Part shown: in pieces, positions 37,801 through 44,256 of the stretch
How the letters are laid out: each line of letters opens with the position of its first letter
Numbering within the stretch: position 1 is the first letter of the stretch
DNA from: Candidatus Aenigmatarchaeota archaeon
GTDB taxonomy: Archaea > Aenigmatarchaeota > Aenigmatarchaeia > CG10238-14 > SCSR01
DNA length: 64,000 nt
Direction: 5' to 3'
Assembly (NCBI GenBank): GCA_039000425.1
Contig: JAWBPV010000004.1
Location: 9,845-73,844 of the forward strand
Translations under genes and position numbers: made by a program
The notes under the pieces: generated by a model
The model's input: only the letters and a program-made list of their open reading frames with translations
Database searches by the model: none
What the model was told of the DNA's origin: nothing

Positions 37801-37910
37801 ATATAGGAAGAGGAACTTATTCAGTAACTTGGAAAGCTTTTAAGAGCTCTGATGTTGTGAACCCGATAGCTTGGTCAAAACCTGGAGAAATGGTAAGTGT
37901 GACATGTTGA
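34863..37910 (+). CDS. giant secreted Cys/Thr-rich multidomain surface protein
   Basis: 1015 aa. Sec-type signal (FSIFSLLTILVLITIPNTGFG). PPC-like segment (GNADYDLYVKW...GAYTVSVSI). Thr linkers ending TTTIP. Duplicated Cys-rich domain of about 130 aa. Two C-terminal Cys-framed beta modules. Confidence 0.8.
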   Translation: MDSWCKFSIFSLLTILVLITIPNTGFGDCRLFYISNSDCSYFYYVPSGPGYAAALCTINKKPVESYRNYQYTQCSETYASGKANACPPISHSYFNGKPCYIHKDCFVGYCTYKEYEGRWSASTKECVKCEGRMKRYVYGNAEKICVDCSGNILCYHGTYVCESACGAPSECDDKKPGDPIPGGYCDSNCNPVLTCDSSSYNSCSSAYNFGSTSGTKTDMCGADQYYKVSTPPGKKCDIKWTVTPDGNADYDLYVKWSSVCPSTSNYDCISRAGTGRQDSCSKNEHIGETYALVHKYGGSGAYTVSVSISNCVDVVTTTTSSTTTSTTTIPDCRKCEIRNLQCPSTVNPGEDFNIKFEFYGTGPTYKYEHRSLWLGGNRIGCHYGVDHPDCQWHLDSFVVTAPSTPGTYTYTVKCYGYSSSSESYCSPTYQDDYKSCTVTVRETTTTTSTTSTTTTIPEDDPCDNSGTWKKYGIYCCEGGDCSNDESKVRGVCIDKSTYEQNKDKFDLVRAGSNEHCVKCKNSDCCHEFRSFCFDYSSSSPTGCIGRRGIVTSTCADKNGNTCDLLSALKGCDLKEEMSKLGQLYCAFCRNPPTTTTTQPTTSTTTTQPTTSTTTTTIPEDDPCDNSGTWKKASIYCYEGDVREENKRGFCLDKSVAEQRSDLEIVRYGAQQHCVKCKANSCCFDLRSFCFEYNATEPTGCSYPGSVTSRCGDEGGNVCSHPSQVGENCVIKENKDKLGLWYCYACPSAKKIECEECYARSECKCELKTTCDNGFWILQNQQGKPLDSMVNSPIPPYQIDFEPNSSGKILITAICFKNTQPQTFQHILEVKEPFLECDEDCRTREPCECRVNGCEDGWFSAVLGTTLLKWKEKINKTRFKTSFISEKPGVVEVTVQCISPQTYEEKQVVVGGTIPTRKFQAFNFRAEKQDNTIKIKLDYSNNLAEDVVIVFTLSKEGKTINKKYTAMIGDGTASLSLDCTDIGRGTYSVTWKAFKSSDVVNPIAWSKPGEMVSVTC
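36214..36272 (+). repeat. 59-nt exact repeat, copy 1 (inside the 1015-aa gene)
   Basis: ccacaacaaccaccataccagaagatgacccatgtgacaattctggaacatggaagaaa is identical to 36697-36755. Encodes TTTTIPEDDPCDNSGTWKK. Confidence 0.9.
36645..36707 (+). repeat. 27-nt tandem repeat, about 2.3 copies (TTTQPTTST linker)
   Basis: acaacaacccaacctaccacatctacc at 36645-36671 and 36672-36698, with a partial third copy. Confidence 0.9.
36697..36755 (+). repeat. 59-nt exact repeat, copy 2
   Basis: Identical to 36214-36272. Flanking sequence is diverged, with only short identical patches such as acattgtgttaaatgtaaa. Confidence 0.9.
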
Positions 37911-38428
37911 TGAAAAAATTTTTGTTGATCGTTTTAACAGTATTTTTTTTATTGCAGAGTGTAACATCTGCTGAAATAGTTTGTTCGAAATGTTTCGTTG
38001 GAGATTGTTATTGCACTGTAACAGATTGCGATTCTGGTATAGTAGATATCTTTTATTCCCCTTGTTCGATGAACCCGAGCTATGAATTCACTTTTTCGAA
38101 CGGATACTTCAAGTGGAAGCCTGAAGTTGAAAATATTCATTATTTGAAAGTTTTGTGTTCGGATGGAGAAACTCAAAGTGAATGTACACCAATCGTTGTT
38201 GAAGCATCTCGTGAGAAAACAACAACCACAACAGCAGAAACAACAATTCCAGCGAAAACAACCACAACTTTAGAAATGGAAGAAGAAACCGAAGGGCCGG
38301 ATTACTTTTTGATAGTTTTGATAGTTATGCTCATCCTCATACTCCTCTTCGCAGCTTATTACTTCTTCTTTATGAAGAAGAAAGGAAAAACTTATGAAGA
38401 TCTTTACAAGAAGTGGGGGAGAAGATAA
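37910..38428 (+). CDS. secreted Cys-framed module protein with Thr linker and C-terminal TM anchor
   Basis: ATG 37910 overlaps the upstream stop (TGATG). MKKFLLIVLTVFFLLQSVTSA signal, CSKCFVGDCYCTVTDCDSG module, TTTTTAETTIPAKTTTT linker, C-terminal helix FLIVLIVMLILILLFAAYYFFF. Confidence 0.7.
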   Translation: MKKFLLIVLTVFFLLQSVTSAEIVCSKCFVGDCYCTVTDCDSGIVDIFYSPCSMNPSYEFTFSNGYFKWKPEVENIHYLKVLCSDGETQSECTPIVVEASREKTTTTTAETTIPAKTTTTLEMEEETEGPDYFLIVLIVMLILILLFAAYYFFFMKKKGKTYEDLYKKWGRR

Positions 38429-38443
38429 TCGATTTTAATAACA

Positions 38444-38451
38444 TTTATAAA
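38444..38451 (+). promoter_or_regulatory. candidate TATA box upstream of alba
   Basis: TTTATAAA, about 62 nt upstream of ATG 38513. Consistent with an archaeal TATA consensus, assuming a leadered transcript. Confidence 0.35.
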
Positions 38452-38499
38452 TCTTCCTAATCATATTTCTTATAATTAAAGCAGATAGCAGAACATAAA

Positions 38500-38506
38500 G
38501 GAGGTG
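38500..38506 (+). promoter_or_regulatory. Shine-Dalgarno sequence of alba
   Basis: GGAGGTG, 6 nt upstream of ATG 38513. Confidence 0.55.
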
Positions 38507-38512
38507 GATTGA

Positions 38513-38800
38513 ATGGCAGAAAAAGCAGGAAATCAAGACAACGTGATATTCGTTGGTAAAAAACCTTCTATGGCTTACGTGCTAGGGGTGATAACTCAAT
38601 TCAACTCTGGTAAAAAAGAAGTTCATATAAAAGCTAGGGGGAGAGCTATATCAAGAGCAGTAGACGTTGCACAGATAGTTACCAGGAGGTTCATAACAGA
38701 TGCAAAGATAAAGAACATAGAAATAGGAACAGAAGAAAAAGAGCTTGAAGATAAGAGTAAGATAAACGTTTCCACGATAACCATAACGCTTGAGAGGTGA
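38513..38800 (+). CDS. albA: DNA/RNA-binding protein Alba
   Basis: 95 aa. [51 protein letters not shown] is a typical Alba sequence. Confidence 0.9.
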   Translation: MAEKAGNQDNVIFVGKKPSMAYVLGVITQFNSGKKEVHIKARGRAISRAVDVAQIVTRRFITDAKIKNIEIGTEEKELEDKSKINVSTITITLER

Positions 38801-38806
38801 CTCCCC

Positions 38807-38822
38807 CTTTTTTATTTTTATT
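38807..38822 (+). terminator. T-rich tract after alba
   Basis: cttttttatttttatt lies immediately after the stop codon. Oligo-T tracts serve as archaeal terminators. Confidence 0.4.
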
Positions 38823-38858
38823 GACTGAAATTTAAGTTAGCGAAATCAATTTCTATTT

Positions 38859-39380
38859 ATGCCTGAATTGTGGGTTTACGTTTTTGGAGGTATAGTTATC
38901 GCTATACTTGCCATGTTGGTTGGGTATAACTTACTTTCCAACATGATCAACTATTCTCAAAAGCAAGATGCTCTAGCTCAATTTTCAGACCTCTGCTACA
39001 ACATTAACACGGTTTGCGTTCAAGAGTTGGGAAATTATTTGATAAAGAAATACAGCTTTCCGTCAACGGTGAGGGTAGTTTATGCTACGCAAGATGTTTT
39101 CAACCCATTACCCAAAGTTTTAGATAAAATAAAAAACGGAGAAATTAGTTTTGGAAAAAGCGTTTGCTTACAATTTAAAGATGAAAAATACTTGAGGTGT
39201 TGTCCAGAGCCACCTAAACAATTTCTATGTAGAATTCAAATGCCACACCTAGGAGTTTTACCTGAGCAAGAAGACATTTTCGTCGCAGTGAACAAGATTT
39301 TGGGAAGATCGCCGAGAAGAGATTATGAAATCTTGATAAACAAGACTTCTGGTGATGAAGTTTTAGTTACAACCATTTGA
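38859..39380 (+). CDS. N-terminally anchored Cys-containing protein
   Basis: 173 aa. MPELWVYVFGGIVIAILAMLVGYNLL helix. Ectodomain has 7 Cys by eye. Confidence 0.55.
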   Translation: MPELWVYVFGGIVIAILAMLVGYNLLSNMINYSQKQDALAQFSDLCYNINTVCVQELGNYLIKKYSFPSTVRVVYATQDVFNPLPKVLDKIKNGEISFGKSVCLQFKDEKYLRCCPEPPKQFLCRIQMPHLGVLPEQEDIFVAVNKILGRSPRRDYEILINKTSGDEVLVTTI

Positions 39381-40687
39381 TTTTTTTATCAATTTTTCAA
39401 ATAATATTTGTGAAAGCTATAGCAACAGAAATTATTTTGACTATCGGAGTTTTAATTGCGGTTGGCATCACGGCTTTTCAATTGAGGGGAATTTACATAG
39501 CTCAACAACAGCTTGGAGAAGAAGAAGTTATTTTATCTTTCATCAAAGATTTGGAATCGATAGTTGATAGAGCTATAGGAACAACAGGAGATGCCGCTTT
39601 TATTTATTACCCAATAATTGAGAAATATAGGGTTGAAATTGAGAATAATGTTGTTAAAGCTTTGGATAAAATTTCTGGGAAACAAGCGAGCTTTTCAAAA
39701 TTAGCTCCAGAAATCGTTGAAAATTCTTTTGAAGATTGTGAAAAGATTTTTGTTTTGAAGAAAGGAAGAAAAATAGCTTTGATGTGTAGGTGCTTGGATT
39801 TGGGAGAATATTGTACTGATTCCATACTTTGTTGCTCTGGTTATTGTAATCACACGAGCTTAAAATGTGAAGAAATGCCTATTTGCTCAGAAGATAGGAT
39901 TTGCCCAGGTGCACCGGAGGCAAAAAAAGATTCTTTAGGAAGGGATTGTTGTCCTTCAGAAGCACCGATTTGTACTAATGGACATTGTTGCCCTGTGGAT
40001 AAACCAAAATGGTGTGAAAAACCTAAAGATGGCAGTGCACCGAGATGTATGGATAAAGTGGAATATGATAACAATTGTAAAAGAGGTTTTCCTATAATTT
40101 ATATACCTTTAAATTATAAGGAAGACGAGTTCAATCTTTTCAAATCAGGTGCGGAAAGAAATTTTTTTGATTATGTAACAAAATATGCTCCGAGTAAGGA
40201 ATGTCGTAATCCTTATTCGGTTTTTCAACCCTATTATTTAGATCCAAGTAAATGCACAATAAAATGTTCTAATCCATGTGAAGATTGCCTATCTGTTACT
40301 TTCAATTGTTTTATTAATAATTACCAAGAGGTTATAAACGATGCAAATGATTGGATGGTGATTGGTATATGTAAAGATTTTTCTTGTACTGCTGGAGGTA
40401 AATGGTGTGGTTGCTCAGTACTATTCAGTAGATTCTCAGTTGATAACATTGGTTGTGGAAGTGATTCAGCCGCCCATGAAATGGGCCATTCTGTAGGGTT
40501 CAATCATGTTGATGGTATTTGTGACAACCCCGCAGGCGCTTGTCAAGGGATTAATGCAGGAGATTGTAATGATCCTAAAAAATATGAAGATCTTATGACA
40601 TATTGTCGCACACGTTTTAGATATGGAAACATAGCTTATGAGTATTTAAAAAATACGATATTTAAAGATTATTTAGTTGGTTGTTGA
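39377..40687 (+). CDS. membrane-anchored (pilin-like?) Cys-knot + metzincin-type zinc metalloprotease
   Basis: HEMGHSVGFNH (HExxHxxGxxH) at 40475-40507. Dense Cys region CRCLDLGEYCTDSILCCSGYCNH...CCPSEAPICTNGHCCP. TTG 39377 (TTGA overlap) or in-frame GTG 39410, which gives MKAIATEIILTIGVLIAV. Confidence 0.7.
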   Translation: MIFLSIFQIIFVKAIATEIILTIGVLIAVGITAFQLRGIYIAQQQLGEEEVILSFIKDLESIVDRAIGTTGDAAFIYYPIIEKYRVEIENNVVKALDKISGKQASFSKLAPEIVENSFEDCEKIFVLKKGRKIALMCRCLDLGEYCTDSILCCSGYCNHTSLKCEEMPICSEDRICPGAPEAKKDSLGRDCCPSEAPICTNGHCCPVDKPKWCEKPKDGSAPRCMDKVEYDNNCKRGFPIIYIPLNYKEDEFNLFKSGAERNFFDYVTKYAPSKECRNPYSVFQPYYLDPSKCTIKCSNPCEDCLSVTFNCFINNYQEVINDANDWMVIGICKDFSCTAGGKWCGCSVLFSRFSVDNIGCGSDSAAHEMGHSVGFNHVDGICDNPAGACQGINAGDCNDPKKYEDLMTYCRTRFRYGNIAYEYLKNTIFKDYLVGC

Positions 40688-40688
40688 A

Positions 40689-41336
40689 ATGAAAAAGTTA
40701 TTAATGTTAATAATATTTTTTGCATTTGTTGTACTATTGACGTTAGCTAGTGCACAAACAAATAAAATAATTGTCTTGGAGTTGTTAATATTTCAAAATG
40801 ATACAGTTATTTTAAAAAGTTTTATAATAACTGATGGGGTACCAGATAAATTTTTCCCACAGGAGATAAACCCATCTTACTTACTTAAAATAATTTCTTT
40901 TGACGGACAAGTTGTTTTCCAAGAAAATTTAAGAATAAGTTTTTTAGCTTACCCAACAAGTTTTTCAGAGAACGTCTCAGATACAGTGATAAATTTGGAG
41001 AAAGTAAATTTATATTTAAAGCTCCCATTTTTTGAGACTGCTGAAAAGATTCAAATATATCATGATTCAAAACTGATATTTGATTTTAAAATACCGTGGT
41101 GTAACAATAATGGTTTATGTGAAATTGAAAAAAATGAAAATTATATAAACTGCTTTAATGATTGTCATTGTGGTAACAGTATATGTGACAAATTTGCGGG
41201 AGAAAGTTTTTCGAACTGTCCTCAAGATTGTCCACATGAAGAGATAAAAACACCAATCTACATTTATTTAACTATTATTGGTTTTATTGTCTTAATCGTC
41301 ATTCTTCTCGTTTACAAGATAAGGTTGGTGAGATGA
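40689..41336 (+). CDS. secreted beta-rich protein with Cys-rich stalk and C-terminal TM anchor
   Basis: ATG 40689 gives MKKLLMLIIFFAFVVLLTLASAQ (Sec signal). CNNNGLCE...CFNDCHCGNSICD...CPQDC. C-terminal helix IYIYLTIIGFIVLIVILLVY. Confidence 0.6.
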   Translation: MKKLLMLIIFFAFVVLLTLASAQTNKIIVLELLIFQNDTVILKSFIITDGVPDKFFPQEINPSYLLKIISFDGQVVFQENLRISFLAYPTSFSENVSDTVINLEKVNLYLKLPFFETAEKIQIYHDSKLIFDFKIPWCNNNGLCEIEKNENYINCFNDCHCGNSICDKFAGESFSNCPQDCPHEEIKTPIYIYLTIIGFIVLIVILLVYKIRLVR

Positions 41337-42727
41337 AAGGACAAACAAGTATTTTGATCAAAGGAATTTACCTTATCTTGATCTTAGTAAGTATAGCGAT
41401 CTTCATAAACAGAATTTTTTACTCCAATTTGACTTCAGCTCAACAAGAAAGAAATTTAATGCTCAAGAATAGGGCAAACAGGTTGCTGGATGTTCTTGCA
41501 GGCGACGTAAATTGTTTAGGTTATGAAGAAAAAGGCAGTGTGGAAAAAAAGGTTATAGAATTGAGTTCTCACAGGATCTTGGAAAAGAAAAAACTCGATG
41601 ATTTCTCGAAATTTAACGATATCCAGCCAGATTGTGCTAGAGATTTTGATTTTGGTTATAGGGTTGATGTGGAAACTTTTCCTTTGTACATAAGTTCAGC
41701 AGAAGTTGAAAGAAAGGGAGGGGTTTTTGGTAAGTTGTTGTCTATAATAAATGGAAAAAAAGTTGTTTTTGTTCTAGATGTATCTGGAAGTATGGGGAAT
41801 TATGGGGGTAAATGTGATGTTGATCATGATAGAGACACAAAGATCTGTTGTTTAAAGCTTTTCATGTATGGTTTCATAGAAGGAATGAGTGATGATAGTG
41901 AGATAGCTGTTATACCTTTTGGTGATGAAAGTGGGTGCAATCCGCGATTGTTATTCGATTTCACAAGATTGAATGGTTTTTCTACAAGGGAAGAGTTGAA
42001 AAAAAAGATTTCTTCACTTTCTCCGAAACATGGAACTCCGATGGCAGCAGGTTTAAAGAAGGGGTTTGAATATGCTTTTGCAAATGGTGGTGAAGCTATT
42101 GTACTTTTAACAGATGGTGTAGAAAATGAGTGCATACCACCAAATTCGATTGATGTAGCGAGAAGTTTCAAGTATACAGGAATACCAGTTTACACAGTCG
42201 CTTATGGTTCCGTAGCTGATACAGGAGTACTGCAAGAAATAGCGTCTATAAGCAATGGTCAATTCTTCGATGCTAGGATGTGTGAAGAGTTGGTTTCAAA
42301 ACCGAAAGAAAGTCTTGAAGTGGAAATTCCTCCAATGAAGTGGAGCTTTGGTGATGCAGAATTCTCGAGGAAAGAATCCTTGAGACAAAAAATTTCTGTT
42401 TCAATTCCGATAAATGTTTTAGTGGATGAAAAAACGATAATTCCTGGAAAAATGACGATAACGATTTTCGATGGTGAGTTGGAAGAATTCAGGGGTTTCT
42501 TGGATAAGAGTTGTTTAACTAACACTAACTTCAGAAAAACTTTCACTTTCCATTATCCTTTACATTTTGATTCTTCGAACAAAAAGTTGTGTCTAGAAAT
42601 TGATGGAAAAGAATTTTGTCAAAAAATTAAATGTGAAAAAAACATAAAATTCCCGAAAAAAATTTCGCCAGGAAAATATGATGTGATCATAAGAAATGAA
42701 GGTGATGAGTTAGAGGTGATGATTTGA
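41333..42727 (+). CDS. pilin-signal protein with von Willebrand factor A domain (TadG/PilY1-N-like)
   Basis: 464 aa. MKGQTSILIKGIYLILILVSIAIF. MIDAS DVSGS at 41777-41791 (VVFVLDVSGSMG), GTPMAAGL, IVLLTDGVEN. ATGA overlap upstream. Confidence 0.8.
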   Translation: MKGQTSILIKGIYLILILVSIAIFINRIFYSNLTSAQQERNLMLKNRANRLLDVLAGDVNCLGYEEKGSVEKKVIELSSHRILEKKKLDDFSKFNDIQPDCARDFDFGYRVDVETFPLYISSAEVERKGGVFGKLLSIINGKKVVFVLDVSGSMGNYGGKCDVDHDRDTKICCLKLFMYGFIEGMSDDSEIAVIPFGDESGCNPRLLFDFTRLNGFSTREELKKKISSLSPKHGTPMAAGLKKGFEYAFANGGEAIVLLTDGVENECIPPNSIDVARSFKYTGIPVYTVAYGSVADTGVLQEIASISNGQFFDARMCEELVSKPKESLEVEIPPMKWSFGDAEFSRKESLRQKISVSIPINVLVDEKTIIPGKMTITIFDGELEEFRGFLDKSCLTNTNFRKTFTFHYPLHFDSSNKKLCLEIDGKEFCQKIKCEKNIKFPKKISPGKYDVIIRNEGDELEVMI

Positions 42728-44256
42728 AAGCACAAACCATGGAACTGATGGACTTACTCATTTTGGTAGTTGGTGTATCTATCTTGATCTTAACTTCCTA
42801 TTTTTTGTTTTCTTCTAGAGTTCAGAGATCAGCAGCTATGGTATCAACACAACACAAATATGAAAGAGTGGTTGAAGCTTGTAGGAATTTCCTCTACACT
42901 AAAATTCCTAAATTTGAGAAAACTTATGGTCAATTGCTTGGCGATATGGTTGTTAATGGTGGGGAAGATGTTGTTGATTATGGAGATAAATATGGTGGAA
43001 TAAACGTAACGAAAATAATTTATGATTACTTCGATTCGCATTTTCAAAACAAGTGGAACTTAACGCTTACGGCGAGAACAGAAATTTTTCATGTTTTGTG
43101 GATACCAAATTCTGATCAAGGAAATTCTATCTCAAAAGTTTCTATAATAGATGGGAGAGAACTTGGAAGATATTACGTAGCGCCACCCAAGGTGAATGGA
43201 AATCCGTCAAGAGTTGCTATGGATAAACAAGGAAACGTTTGGGTTGGTAACCGAGGTACTAGGACTTTAGTTAAGATAGGTTTAAAAGAAAATGGTCAAT
43301 GTGTCGATAAAAATGGAGACGGAATAATAAAAACTTCAGAAGATTTGAACGGCAACGGGTTGATAGAAGATACGGAAATATTGCCTTTCGATCAAGATGA
43401 ATGTCTTCTTGCCGAAGTTTTCCTGGGAGGAAATACTCACGGAAGTTTTGGGAAGAAAGGTGTGAGAGCTGTTTGTTTCAGTGAGAAAGAGAATGTGGTT
43501 TATGCAGGGTTGTATGAAGAGAGAAAATTTTTCAAAGTTTCAAACGATGGAATAGTCTTGAAGGAATGGGATTTGGGTGGGCTCGGTGTTAATCCGTATG
43601 GTTGCTTTGTTGATAAGGACGGAATAGTCTGGATTTCAGCAGTTCATCAGAAGAAACTGGTGAAATTCGACCCTTTCAATGAAAATTTTGAAGTTATAGA
43701 TATAGGATATAAAGTTTATGGAATAGCTCCTTGCTATTCAGAAGATTGTTTAGTGATAAATTGCTACGATGATTCTAGATTGATAAAATTCAACACTTCT
43801 AACGATAAAATAATTTTCAACTTAAGGAAGCCCGAATTGGATAAAGGTAGAGGGGTTATAGTTGATGGTGAAGAAAATATATACGCTGTTTCTTCGAAAA
43901 AGAATTTGGTAGTGAAGTATGATAAAGAAGGTAATGAATTGGCGAGGAGCTCGACTTGTAGAGAACCTACAGGAGTTGGTATAGATATACTTGGAAAAAT
44001 TTGGGTTACTTGTTTAGATTCGGAAATTCAAAGGTTTGATGGAAATCTGAATTTTGAAATAGGTAGTAAGTTTGGTTCTGGCCATTACGTCTACAACTTT
44101 TTCACAAGTTACAACACACCACCGATAACTATTGGAAAAAGTTTGAGCTTTGGTTATCCGGAAGAGGTCACCGAAGAAATGACAACATTCTTCGCTCCAG
44201 TCCCGATACCAAGCTGGAGGGGTGAGGTAATCCAGCTTCATTTAAAGGTGTGGTGA
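42724..44256 (+). CDS. pilin-signal protein with six-bladed beta-propeller and tandem EF-hand loops (PilY1-C-like)
   Basis: 510 aa, TTG start in a TTGA overlap. MKAQTMELMDLLILVVGVSILIL. Six repeats of the type GNVWVGN / GIVWISA / KIWVTCL each followed by L(V/I)K(F/Y/I)(D/N). DKNGDGIIKTSEDLNGNGLIEDTE at 43306-43377. Confidence 0.75.
   Translation: MKAQTMELMDLLILVVGVSILILTSYFLFSSRVQRSAAMVSTQHKYERVVEACRNFLYTKIPKFEKTYGQLLGDMVVNGGEDVVDYGDKYGGINVTKIIYDYFDSHFQNKWNLTLTARTEIFHVLWIPNSDQGNSISKVSIIDGRELGRYYVAPPKVNGNPSRVAMDKQGNVWVGNRGTRTLVKIGLKENGQCVDKNGDGIIKTSEDLNGNGLIEDTEILPFDQDECLLAEVFLGGNTHGSFGKKGVRAVCFSEKENVVYAGLYEERKFFKVSNDGIVLKEWDLGGLGVNPYGCFVDKDGIVWISAVHQKKLVKFDPFNENFEVIDIGYKVYGIAPCYSEDCLVINCYDDSRLIKFNTSNDKIIFNLRKPELDKGRGVIVDGEENIYAVSSKKNLVVKYDKEGNELARSSTCREPTGVGIDILGKIWVTCLDSEIQRFDGNLNFEIGSKFGSGHYVYNFFTSYNTPPITIGKSLSFGYPEEVTEEMTTFFAPVPIPSWRGEVIQLHLKVW

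Noticed and set aside
35800-38280. Repetitive ACA/ACC-rich tracts considered as a CRISPR array or DGR variable/template repeat pair
   Set aside because: The repeats are in-frame poly-Thr linkers and a domain duplication inside coding sequence. There are no unique spacers of regular length. No reverse transcriptase is nearby, and the 59-nt copies are identical rather than differing at adenines.
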